A stretch of DNA of 62,458 nt from Rikenella microfusus (GTDB lineage Bacteria; Bacteroidota; Bacteroidia; Bacteroidales; DYQK01): contig DYQK01000004.1 in NCBI GenBank assembly GCA_020719385.1, positions 1 through 62,458 on the forward strand, given 5' to 3'. Of the stretch, positions 1 to 9,635 are shown piece after piece. Every line of letters starts with the position of its first letter. Within the stretch, counting starts at the first letter, position 1. The position numbers were made by a program, and so were the translations under genes. The notes under the pieces are model-generated. The model saw only the letters and a program-made list of their open reading frames with translations. It did not search any database and was not told the origin of the DNA.

Positions 1-1
1 A

Positions 2-238
2 AGCAAGAAGAAACTTGCTGCGAGCAAAGAACTTCTTTCGCAAAAAGATGCTGCAATTTTTGAAAGTAAAGAACTTCTTTCGCAAAAAGATGCTGCACTT
101 TCGCAAAAAAACGCTGAAATTGCAAAACATCGTCAACAAATGTTGGATTTGGCAAAAATGTTGAAATCTCTGAGTGTTTCTGTTGAGATAATTGTCGGGA
201 AAACAGGTTTGTCGCAACAGGAGATAGAAAATTTTTAA
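2..238 (+). CDS. 3' end (partial) of an Rpn/PD-(D/E)XK_2-family protein: coiled-coil repeats plus C-terminal tail
   Basis: Not in the ORF track. Manual translation from base 2 gives SKKKLAASKELLSQKDAAIFESKELLSQKDAALSQKNAEIAKHRQQMLDLAKMLKSLSVSVEIIVGKTGLSQQEIENF*. The AKML..(G/S)VS.E.I...TGLS..EI ending is typical of Rpn C-termini. Confidence 0.7.
   Translation, partial: SKKKLAASKELLSQKDAAIFESKELLSQKDAALSQKNAEIAKHRQQMLDLAKMLKSLSVSVEIIVGKTGLSQQEIENF
26..116 (+). repeat. 42-bp-period coding repeat (two heptads)
   Basis: AAAGAACTTCTTTCGCAAAAAGATGCTGCA at 26-55 and 68-97, followed by a partial 21-bp subunit. Confidence 0.85.
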
Positions 239-245
239 CAGAAGG

Positions 246-276
246 ACCTTGTCAAACTTTAAAAATTTGGCAAGGT
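246..276. terminator. REP-like hairpin / probable terminator
   Basis: ACCTTGTCAAA-N9-TTTGGCAAGGT, directly after the stop at 238. Confidence 0.6.
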
Positions 277-306
277 TATAAAAGAATTAATAATATTCTA
301 AATTTT

Positions 307-918
307 ATGACTTTATTTTTTGTTTTGGTAACGGTTTTGGTTTCTGCTTGGGCATTTCAAAATCAGTCAATTTTTGAGAAATGTAAATTTAATGCGTCTT
401 ACATTTATCACAAAAAAGAATTATATAGAATGTTGTCTCACTCGCTGATTCACGCAGATTGGGCTCATTTGGCGTTTAATATGATTGGTCTTTATAGTTT
501 TGGTGACTTTGTTGAGACATTCTTTTCTATGCATTTTTCTGATGGTTTAGGGAAAATCTATTATGTGTTATTATATTTGTCGGGTATTGTTGTTGCTTCA
601 TTATCAACGCTTTACAAGCACAAAGATCATGAATGGTATAATTCTGTTGGTGCTTCGGGAGGCGTTTCGGCAGTTGTTTTTGCTGCGATATTTTTAAATC
701 CGATGTTAGGAGTGAACTTATTTTTAATTCCTATTGATATTCCTGGATTTATTTTTGCTATTGCATATTTGGCTTATTCGCATTATATGAGTCGAAGAGG
801 AGGCGATAACATTAATCATGATGCCCATCTTTATGGGGCAGTTTATGGTTTTCTCTTTCCATTAATTCTAGAACCTCGTTTAATAAATATGTTTATAAAC
901 AGTTTGATGGGATATTGA
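307..918 (+). CDS. Rhomboid family intramembrane serine protease
   Basis: HxxxxHLAFNM, catalytic GASG and HDAHLYG motifs; several hydrophobic helices. Confidence 0.92.
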   Translation: MTLFFVLVTVLVSAWAFQNQSIFEKCKFNASYIYHKKELYRMLSHSLIHADWAHLAFNMIGLYSFGDFVETFFSMHFSDGLGKIYYVLLYLSGIVVASLSTLYKHKDHEWYNSVGASGGVSAVVFAAIFLNPMLGVNLFLIPIDIPGFIFAIAYLAYSHYMSRRGGDNINHDAHLYGAVYGFLFPLILEPRLINMFINSLMGY

Positions 919-936
919 AAAAAAATTTTTTTTCAT

Positions 937-967
937 TTTGTTAAATGAAAAATTTTTTGTATCTTTG
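937..967 (+). promoter_or_regulatory. Bacteroidota primary-sigma promoter of the giant T9SS gene
   Basis: TTTG (937-940), 19-nt spacer, TATCTTTG (960-967). Confidence 0.7.
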
Positions 968-1009
968 CAAAGTTTAATTTTTTTAATTATTCACCTTAAA
1001 TTTTAGTGT

Positions 1010-4000
1010 ATGATGTCAAAAATGAAGATTCTTTTCGTTTTGTTATTCTTTTTGGCGAGCGGTGTTCTTTATGCTCAGACCGAAAAAGAAAAAGCGTTAA
1101 TCGAAAAAGGGTTGCTGAAGTTCCAAGAAACTTCACCTGACCGCGAGATTGCTCCTACCTTAGTGAGCGTAAATCCAAGCAAAGCGGTAAAAAAATCTGC
1201 TTTCAAAAAAGCAGTGCGTTCCCATAAAAATAAAGCACAATGGGACATTCTCTACTCGTTTAATGTTCACGCTGCAGGTGAACAAGCCGTTGAGACCGAT
1301 GGTCAATACATTTACACCACAAAGTGGGGAGCAGGAAATAATTTGTTTTTCAAGTATGATTTACAGGGAAACTTTTTAGATTCGTTCTCTATTGCGGGTG
1401 CAACTTCGGTTCGCGACCTTGCGTATGACGGTCAATATTTTTACGGCAGTACGAATGCGACAAGCATTTATCAAATCGATATGAATTCGCATACGCTTGT
1501 CAGTACAATTTCTACTCCTGTTGTGACTCGTCATTTGTGTTATGACCCAACTGCTGATGGCGGTAATGGTGGTTTTTGGTGCGGTCCTTGGGACGGAATG
1601 GTTTTAGTTAGTCGCACAGGCACACAGTTAAGCACTTTAACAACAGGCTTGACAGGTGTTTATGGTTCTGCTTTCGACAATGTTTCTGCAGGTGGTCCAT
1701 ATTTATGGTTATTTAACCAAGACGCAACCGAACCCAAGGTTGACATTGTGAAAGTTGAAATTGCCACAGGTACAATTGTTGAGACTCACGATGCTTCTGA
1801 TGTTCCAGGAATGGATCCAGCAGCGTTAGCAGGTGGGATGGCTTCTTCTGAAACATTGGTTCCTGGCAAATTCGTTTTACTTTGTAATGCTCAGCAGGAT
1901 CCGAATTTTGTGTTTATTTATGAAATCGCAAACACTGCTGCTGCAGGTGCGCCTGCTGTAGCAACGAATTTTGTGGTAACTCCTGGTGCAAATGGTGCGT
2001 TAAGTGCTGTTTTAACTTGGACAAATCCTTCAACAACAACAAATGGTGCGGCGTTAACTTCATTAACGGGAGTCAAGATTTATCGTGATGGCGATTCTAT
2101 TTACACTTTAACAGGAGTAACTATTGGTGGCACTGCTACTTGGACAGATAATTCTGTTACCGCAGGCAATCATGTGTATATGGTTAAGGGTTATAACGCA
2201 GATGGTGATGGTTCAGCAGCAAATGCAAATGCTTGGGTTGGTCCCGATGTTCCTGCTGCTCCGACTGCTGTTGAGTTAACTGCTGCTGGAAATGATGGAC
2301 AAATTACTTGGGTTGCTCCGACAACGGGTTTACATAACGGTTATTTCACAGGAGTGACAGGTTACAAAATTGTTCGTAATCCTGGTGCTGTTGTTGTTGA
2401 GGCAAATTTCAACGGTACAACTTATCTTGATACAACAATTTCTGCTCCTGGAATGTATAGTTATACAATTACTTCGTTAAATGCTTCGGGAGAAGGTGGT
2501 TCAACAACTTCGAATGAAGTATTATTGCATTCTGAGGGAATGGTTTTGATGGCAAATGGCACGGTTACCGTTTCAGAGGGAACATTTTATGATTCAGGTG
2601 GTCCAACAAGTCCTTATGCTGCGAGCGAAAATTATGTTATGACATTTATGCCTCCGACAAAGGGTGGGAAAATGACTTTCGTTTTCAATACCTTCGCTGT
2701 AGAGTCGGGTTATGATAAACTTTACGTTTATGATGGTCCAGATGAAACTGCATCTCAAATTGCGGGCAGTCCATTTTCAGGTTTGACCGTTCCTGCGGCT
2801 TTGGCGTTAGTTCGTTCTTCTCACGAGACAGGTGCTTTAACGTTCAAATTTACTTCGGATAATTCTGTACAAAAAGATGGTTGGGATGCAACAATTAGCG
2901 TTTTCAATCCTGCTAGTGTTCCTGGCTGTACAAATTACACAAACCCAATTAATGGAGCAACCAGCATTAACCCCAATGCTGTTTTACAATGGGCTGTTGA
3001 ACCTAATGCTACAGAATATGATGTTTATTTAGGCACAACTTTACCTACAACTCCAACAGCAACGGTTTCTGCACCTCAATATGTCGCTGCAATGGCACCA
3101 AATACAACTTATCATTTCAAAGTTGTTCCGAAAAACGCTATTGGTCTGGCTACGGGTTGTCAAGAAATTACTTTCACAACCGGCGATGCTGTTGAAAGTT
3201 TCGAAGCAGGAAAAATTCCTGACGGTTGGAAAGTTTATAATCTTGACGGTGATGGAAAACAATGGAAAGCCTCAAACACAGGAACTGGTGCGCACACAGG
3301 TACTTGGGTTGTGAATGTTGGTTACAACTCATCAGGGAATAATGACTGGTTAGTTCTTCCAAGATTAAAACCTACTGCAGAGAAACATACCTTCTCGTTT
3401 TGGGCAAAATCAGGAAGCAGTTATTTTCTCGAAGATATGAATGTTGTTTTATCAACAACAGATACTGTTCCTGAAAGTTTCACAGTTCAACTCGGAACTT
3501 ATACTGCAATGGCAAATTCTTGGACAGAATTTACGTTTGATTTAACTCCTTATATCAACCAAGAAGTGTATGTTGCTATTGTTTGTGTTTCTGTTGACCA
3601 ATCTACATTGAATGTTGATGATGTTACCGCTCCGATTCTTTATCTTGACAACGATATGAAAGCCGTTGCCGTGGCAGGTAATGCTACCCCGACTGTAGGC
3701 GAGGAACAAATTTATCAAGTTGTTGTGAAAAATGCAGGTATGTTACCTCAAAGTAATTATACCGTTAATTTGTTTAAAGATGGAACATTAGTCGCTTCAC
3801 AAGCAGGCACAGAACTTACACCTCAAGCAACAGGTTCATTTGATTTTCCAGTAACTTTTGACGTAGAAGGAAATGCTACCCTTCTCGGACAAGTTGTTTT
3901 TGCAGGCGACCAAGATACTTCGAACAATAAAACTGCTCCATTTGCAGTTAATGTTCAAGCATCAGGTACGGTTGTTGTCAGTGTTGGTACGGGGGCAACT

Positions 4001-7000
4001 CTCAACCCAATGCCTTTAGATTTTTATTGGAAAAATAGTTTGAGTGAGGAAATTTATTACTCGACAGAATTAAACATTGGTGGTTTGTTGACAGGAATTT
4101 TCTATCATACAAGTTTTGCTACAGGTTTAATGCAAAAACCTGTAAAAATTTGGGTTGGCGAGACACAATCTGCAAACCTTGCTGATGGTTGGATTCCTTC
4201 TACTGAATTGACCTTAGTTTTTGACGGAGTTATTGATTTTCCTGCAGGCGAGCATGATATTTTCATTCCATTTACAGCACCTTTCATCTACACAGGTGGA
4301 AATTTAGTTGTTTTGGCAAATCGTCCTATGGATTCTCAATATTTTGCAAATTGCAAATTCAAATCGACAGAATGTTCAACAGCAGATGCACGTAGCCGTT
4401 TAGCTGCTTCTGATTCACAAACTTATGACCCTGCTAATCCTCCTGCAGCTGCGTCTTCACAAATCAAAGCGTATTTCCCAAATACTTCGTTTATGTTCAA
4501 TACCGAAGGTCTTGGTGCTTTGGAAGGTTATGTAACTGTTGGAACAGATTCTGTGGCAGATGTTGAAGTTTCTATCGCAGGAACACAAATCAAAACCTTC
4601 ACTGACGAAAATGGTCATTATATTTTCCCATATCTTTTTGCAGGTACAAGAGAAGTTGTTGCTTCGTTATATGGTTATTATGACGCAACCGCAACGGTAA
4701 CTATTGTTGGAGACATCACGGTTCAACAAAACTTTACTCTTACTTCTTTGCCAAGAATTACAGTTAGCGGACACGCTGCTTTAAGCGATATTCCTAACGT
4801 AATGGTTACAAATGTTGCTGTAGAAATTATGGGTTATGACACAGTTGCTATTGACACAACTGACGCAAACGGTTATTTCGAGTTTACTAATTTATATGGT
4901 GGACAAGAATATTTCGTTGCAGCAGAATATTTACCTGGCGGTTATCAAATATTTGAGGACACTATCGTTGTTGGAGCATCGAATTATGATATGGGAACAA
5001 TTTTGATTCCTGAACAAACTCGTCCACCAAAACGTTTAACTGCTGTTGATAACGTAACAAACGCTCGTTTAACTTGGTGGAATCCGAATTCTGTTTCAAG
5101 CGTTGAACAATGGATTCATTGGGATGACGGAGCAAATTACTCTTCTATCGGAACAGGCGCCGCTGCTGATTTTGATGTCGCAGCAAGATATACTCCCGAA
5201 GATTTGACAACATTAGGTGTTGAACAAGGTCAATATTTAACGAAAATTAAAATTTTTGTTAGAGAAGCTGCTTCTACTTACTCTGCACGCGTATGGGTCG
5301 GCGGAGACGCAACTGCTCCTGGAACAATGGTTGTTGACCAACCTTTGAACATCACCGCTGCCGACACAGGCATTTGGTACGAAGTACTTTTAACTTCACC
5401 TGTCGAAATTGACCCAACTCAAGAATTATGGGTCGGTTATAACATCAACACAACAGGAGGACATCCTGCAGGCATTGATGCAACAACAATGGGTGGCGGC
5501 ACAGTTGACGGAAAAGGAAATATGATTTATTTCCAAGGAGCTTGGTCTACTGTTTATGCTCTCGCACAAATTGAAGGTAACTGGAACATTCAAGGTTTCG
5601 TTGCAAACGATGCAAAAGGCGAAGCAAAAGTATTCTTAAACAAATACAACGTTTACCGCGTTAAAAACGACACAATTGTTGAAGCTCTCGCAACGAATGT
5701 TACCGATACTTTCTACACAGATAACACTTGGGCTGCAGCAACTTTCGGCGTTTACAAATACGAAGTAAAAGCAGTTTACACGAATAATGTTCTTTCAGAC
5801 CCTGCAGTTTCTAATGAATTGCCAAGAGGAATGAATGTTCCTGTTGCTGTAACTATTACCTCGAATGTTGGTGGTGTTGTTGCAGGTGCGAAAGTTGTAC
5901 TTGTAAACCAAACAAATCCTTCTCTCAAATATGAAGGCGTTTCTAACGCTTCAGGTGTTGCGAATATTGATTCGGTTTGGCGAGGCACTTATGATATAAA
6001 AGTTTCTCACCCATTACACGAAAGTCTCGCAGATACTATTGAAGTTGATAATGATGTCAACAATTTCTCTGTTGTTTTAATTGAGAAAATTGTTCCTCCT
6101 TCCAATGTAAATGTTGTTACGAATCCTTCTGCAGCGATAATTAATTGGAATCGTCCGGGTGCAATTTCGGGTTATCAAGAAGAATTTAATTCTTTACCTG
6201 ACTGGACATATTCTACTCCTTCGAAATTCTCTGTCGTTGATGGAAAATTGACAGTGACAGGTGTTGGTTCAACAACTCGCGAAGACGCATATCCTGCTGA
6301 CGCAATATTCGGTGATTTTACCTTAGAATTTGAAGTAACTAAAGCGGCTGGCAGCGAAACAGGTTCGCACGGAGCATTTATTCGTTCTAATGGTTCAGTT
6401 GTTCCTGCTTCCTGCACAGGTTATAGAATTAATCTCACCGCAGACGGTTCTTACGGCGTTTGGAAATACACAGGAGGAAGTCCTGTTGCAATTCAAGGAT
6501 GGACAACAGCAAACTATCTCAACGCAGGCATTGGTGCTTCGAATGTTGTTACCGTCAACGCTGTTGGTTCACACTTCGATATTTATTTCAACGGACAATT
6601 AGAATTCTCTTTTGACGATGCAGATCATGCTGAAGGAAATATTACATTATTGATGTATGATAGCGATCCTGCTGACGTTGCTACTTTCGATTATTATCAC
6701 GTTTCTGAAGGTGCAAAATTAGCAAAAGCAAAAACTCCAAAACATTCGTTCCGTCAACAATTAAAAGGAGACGAAAATCAATGTTTTACTACTTTGAACA
6801 GACGAAACAATGTTCCTGTTAAAGGTTTATTATACGGAACAAACAACAGCAAGCCCGTTGTTGCTTACTCTATCTCAAGAGGTTTAGTTGAAAACGGTTC
6901 AGTTAATACTTGGAATGAAGTTGCGTTAGTGACCGATACTTTCCACACAGATTATACCTTCGTTTCCTTACCACAAGGTACTTACAAATATGCGGTTAAG

Positions 7001-9454
7001 TCACTCTATATGAACGGACAACTTTCTGACCCCGCTATTTCGAATGAAGTTTATTGCAATATGTTCGCTGCAGTTACTTTGAATGTTACAACAAACGGCG
7101 GAGACGCTCAAGGTGCAGTTGTTACTCTCACAAACGTTGACGGCAATCCTGAACACGAATATATCGCAACTGCTCCCGCAAGTGGAATCGTTATCTTTAA
7201 CGAAATCTGGAAAGGTACATACAATTTGACCGTTACAAAAACAGGATTCCAAACTTATACGCAAAACGGAATTGCTGTTCAAAATGCAACAATAACACTC
7301 AACGCTAATTTACTCGAAGTACTTGCTCCAGTTGTAAATCTTCAGGCACAAGTTATTGACAGAAATGTCAACTTATCTTGGATGTTAGGCGGCGGTGCTT
7401 CAGCAACTTGGATGAAATGGTGTGCTGAAGAGTACAACACAGGAATCGGTGGAGGACAAAGCCCATTTGGTTTTGACTTCGCTGCTGCTTTTGAACCCTC
7501 TGACTTAACTGCACACAACGGTAAATTACTCAAAAAAGTTAAATTCTACCCAACAGACCCAACTGCAACTTATTCAGTTAAAATTTGGCAAGGTGCAGAC
7601 TCAACACTCCTCTTTGAACAACCAATTGCAACATTCGACACAGGAACTTGGAACGAAATTGAACTCACAACTCCAGTAACTATTGATGCCTCGCAATTAT
7701 TGCTCATCGGTTTCTCGTGCAGCGCTGTTCCTTATCCCGCAGCGGTTGACGCAGGTCCAGCTCTTGTCGGCAAAGGTGATTTATTAAATGACGGAACAGG
7801 ATGGTATTTCCTCAGCGGTTTCGGTTTAGATTACAACTGGATGATTCAAGGAATGGTTGATTATGGAAAAGAAATGAAAGTTCTCTCCCATAACAAAGCA
7901 GTTACAGGTTATGACGTTTATATTGACAACATGACCTCGCCTGTCGCAAATGTTAAAACACAAAATTACTCTGCGACCAACCTTTCACTTGGAACTCATA
8001 CAGCAGGCGTAAAAGCAGTTTATGCTTCAGGCGCTTCGCAAATGACGACCATTACTTTTGAAATCCCAAATCAAAATCCTTCGTTCTCTTCAACACCAGT
8101 TACAGAAGTTTACGCAACAAGACCTTATTCTTATAACGTAACAGCAACTGACCCAGACGCAGGACAAACTCTTACTATCACAAAAACTGCCGCTCCAGAA
8201 TGGTTAACATTAACCGACAACGGAAACGGAACAGCTAAATTACGCGGAACAACCGCAACACCAGGAACTTATAACGTAACATTAACCGTCTCTGACGGAA
8301 TTGCAACTGCAACACAAACATTTGCTATTAATGTTCTCGTTGTTCCTAACGTTGCTCCAGCAATTACCTCAACTCCTGTTGAAACAGGTAATCTGGGTGC
8401 TGCTTATCTCTACGAAATCATCGTTACAGACCCCGACACCGCAACAACAATAACCGTAAACGGAACAATCCCAACTTGGGCTTCAATAACTAAAGTTGAC
8501 AACTACAACTTCAGACTCGAAGGCACGCCAGACGCAGAAGAAACATTTGATGTTACCTTAGTTGCAACTGACGGAGTAGAAACTGACTCGCAAACATTCC
8601 AAATTGTTGTTGGACCCGCATTGAACGAAAACCCAACATTCACTTCAGAACCCGTTTTGGCAGGAACTGTCGGCGTTGAATATACTTATGAAGTTGTTGC
8701 TATCGATGTTGACGGCGACGTATTAGCATTCACCGCTGAAAAACCAAATTGGTTAGAATTAGCAGAAGGTGCAAATAATGGAGAAGCATTATTATCAGGA
8801 ACTCCAACAGAAAAAGGAAACTTTGATGTAACATTAGTCGTATCAGATGGAAATGGCGGCGCAGATACGCAAATTTTTGTCATTACAGTTGCTACAGCAC
8901 CTATCAATAACAAACCCGAATTTGTATTCCCTGTTCCAGTTCCAGACACTCTCGAAATTGTACAAGATTCTATTTACAATGTTCCATTTGGAGTAATGGA
9001 TGCTGACAACGATGATTTAACTCTTTCCTTAGGCGTAACTTATTCTTGGCTCACGCTCACTAATCTCTCTGATACAACAGCATTGCTCACTGCTAACACC
9101 GCAGGACTTCAAGAAGGTACTATTTATCCCGTTATTGTTTCTGTTACAGACGGAAAAGACACAACAACAAAAGCATTTTCTGTAAAAATCTTGAAAAAAG
9201 ATGCTGTAAACTCGCTTGACGCTGCTAAAGTTTCTGTTTATCCAAATCCAACAGCCGACGTAGTTAAAGTTTCTGTCAAAGGAATCAATAATTACACAAT
9301 TTTTGTTCGAGATTTGAACGGAAAACTCGTTGCTACGAAACTCGCTAATAACGAACTTTCTACTCTTGATTTATCTGCTTTGCCGTCAGGAACTTATCTC
9401 ATCACGGTAAAAGAAGGTAACAAAACTTACACTCAACAAATTATTGTAAAATAA
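1010..9454 (+). CDS. Giant (2814 aa) T9SS-secreted modular surface protein: propeller-like N-domain, FN3, CUB, cleaved-adhesin, CARDB-like, carboxypeptidase-regulatory-like, lectin-like, 4 Ig/cadherin-like repeats, type A CTD
   Basis: Signal peptide; CUB (FYDSGG..ESGYDKLYVYDG..FTSD); cleaved adhesin (ESFE..P.GW...DGDGKQW..DWL); four N..P.F.S.P..D.D repeats; VYPNP..D.S.L..G.Y CTD. Confidence 0.85.
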   Translation: MMSKMKILFVLLFFLASGVLYAQTEKEKALIEKGLLKFQETSPDREIAPTLVSVNPSKAVKKSAFKKAVRSHKNKAQWDILYSFNVHAAGEQAVETDGQYIYTTKWGAGNNLFFKYDLQGNFLDSFSIAGATSVRDLAYDGQYFYGSTNATSIYQIDMNSHTLVSTISTPVVTRHLCYDPTADGGNGGFWCGPWDGMVLVSRTGTQLSTLTTGLTGVYGSAFDNVSAGGPYLWLFNQDATEPKVDIVKVEIATGTIVETHDASDVPGMDPAALAGGMASSETLVPGKFVLLCNAQQDPNFVFIYEIANTAAAGAPAVATNFVVTPGANGALSAVLTWTNPSTTTNGAALTSLTGVKIYRDGDSIYTLTGVTIGGTATWTDNSVTAGNHVYMVKGYNADGDGSAANANAWVGPDVPAAPTAVELTAAGNDGQITWVAPTTGLHNGYFTGVTGYKIVRNPGAVVVEANFNGTTYLDTTISAPGMYSYTITSLNASGEGGSTTSNEVLLHSEGMVLMANGTVTVSEGTFYDSGGPTSPYAASENYVMTFMPPTKGGKMTFVFNTFAVESGYDKLYVYDGPDETASQIAGSPFSGLTVPAALALVRSSHETGALTFKFTSDNSVQKDGWDATISVFNPASVPGCTNYTNPINGATSINPNAVLQWAVEPNATEYDVYLGTTLPTTPTATVSAPQYVAAMAPNTTYHFKVVPKNAIGLATGCQEITFTTGDAVESFEAGKIPDGWKVYNLDGDGKQWKASNTGTGAHTGTWVVNVGYNSSGNNDWLVLPRLKPTAEKHTFSFWAKSGSSYFLEDMNVVLSTTDTVPESFTVQLGTYTAMANSWTEFTFDLTPYINQEVYVAIVCVSVDQSTLNVDDVTAPILYLDNDMKAVAVAGNATPTVGEEQIYQVVVKNAGMLPQSNYTVNLFKDGTLVASQAGTELTPQATGSFDFPVTFDVEGNATLLGQVVFAGDQDTSNNKTAPFAVNVQASGTVVVSVGTGATLNPMPLDFYWKNSLSEEIYYSTELNIGGLLTGIFYHTSFATGLMQKPVKIWVGETQSANLADGWIPSTELTLVFDGVIDFPAGEHDIFIPFTAPFIYTGGNLVVLANRPMDSQYFANCKFKSTECSTADARSRLAASDSQTYDPANPPAAASSQIKAYFPNTSFMFNTEGLGALEGYVTVGTDSVADVEVSIAGTQIKTFTDENGHYIFPYLFAGTREVVASLYGYYDATATVTIVGDITVQQNFTLTSLPRITVSGHAALSDIPNVMVTNVAVEIMGYDTVAIDTTDANGYFEFTNLYGGQEYFVAAEYLPGGYQIFEDTIVVGASNYDMGTILIPEQTRPPKRLTAVDNVTNARLTWWNPNSVSSVEQWIHWDDGANYSSIGTGAAADFDVAARYTPEDLTTLGVEQGQYLTKIKIFVREAASTYSARVWVGGDATAPGTMVVDQPLNITAADTGIWYEVLLTSPVEIDPTQELWVGYNINTTGGHPAGIDATTMGGGTVDGKGNMIYFQGAWSTVYALAQIEGNWNIQGFVANDAKGEAKVFLNKYNVYRVKNDTIVEALATNVTDTFYTDNTWAAATFGVYKYEVKAVYTNNVLSDPAVSNELPRGMNVPVAVTITSNVGGVVAGAKVVLVNQTNPSLKYEGVSNASGVANIDSVWRGTYDIKVSHPLHESLADTIEVDNDVNNFSVVLIEKIVPPSNVNVVTNPSAAIINWNRPGAISGYQEEFNSLPDWTYSTPSKFSVVDGKLTVTGVGSTTREDAYPADAIFGDFTLEFEVTKAAGSETGSHGAFIRSNGSVVPASCTGYRINLTADGSYGVWKYTGGSPVAIQGWTTANYLNAGIGASNVVTVNAVGSHFDIYFNGQLEFSFDDADHAEGNITLLMYDSDPADVATFDYYHVSEGAKLAKAKTPKHSFRQQLKGDENQCFTTLNRRNNVPVKGLLYGTNNSKPVVAYSISRGLVENGSVNTWNEVALVTDTFHTDYTFVSLPQGTYKYAVKSLYMNGQLSDPAISNEVYCNMFAAVTLNVTTNGGDAQGAVVTLTNVDGNPEHEYIATAPASGIVIFNEIWKGTYNLTVTKTGFQTYTQNGIAVQNATITLNANLLEVLAPVVNLQAQVIDRNVNLSWMLGGGASATWMKWCAEEYNTGIGGGQSPFGFDFAAAFEPSDLTAHNGKLLKKVKFYPTDPTATYSVKIWQGADSTLLFEQPIATFDTGTWNEIELTTPVTIDASQLLLIGFSCSAVPYPAAVDAGPALVGKGDLLNDGTGWYFLSGFGLDYNWMIQGMVDYGKEMKVLSHNKAVTGYDVYIDNMTSPVANVKTQNYSATNLSLGTHTAGVKAVYASGASQMTTITFEIPNQNPSFSSTPVTEVYATRPYSYNVTATDPDAGQTLTITKTAAPEWLTLTDNGNGTAKLRGTTATPGTYNVTLTVSDGIATATQTFAINVLVVPNVAPAITSTPVETGNLGAAYLYEIIVTDPDTATTITVNGTIPTWASITKVDNYNFRLEGTPDAEETFDVTLVATDGVETDSQTFQIVVGPALNENPTFTSEPVLAGTVGVEYTYEVVAIDVDGDVLAFTAEKPNWLELAEGANNGEALLSGTPTEKGNFDVTLVVSDGNGGADTQIFVITVATAPINNKPEFVFPVPVPDTLEIVQDSIYNVPFGVMDADNDDLTLSLGVTYSWLTLTNLSDTTALLTANTAGLQEGTIYPVIVSVTDGKDTTTKAFSVKILKKDAVNSLDAAKVSVYPNPTADVVKVSVKGINNYTIFVRDLNGKLVATKLANNELSTLDLSALPSGTYLITVKEGNKTYTQQIIVK

Positions 9455-9470
9455 TTTGATATCTCAATAT

Positions 9471-9504
9471 TCTGTCAAGTCTTAGGACTTGACAGATTTT
9501 TTTT
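9471..9504 (+). terminator. Intrinsic terminator (REP-like stem)
   Basis: TCTGTCAAGTC-TTAG-GACTTGACAGA followed by a T run. Confidence 0.85.
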
Positions 9505-9635
9505 AAAAAAAATATCTACGCATAAAAAATGGAAAATATCGAAATTCGTTTACCTTTTGGAATAAAATTTTCGAAAAGCGAAATACAACAATAATTCACA
9601 AATTGAAGTTTACAAAAATCTTTTTTTATTAAAAA

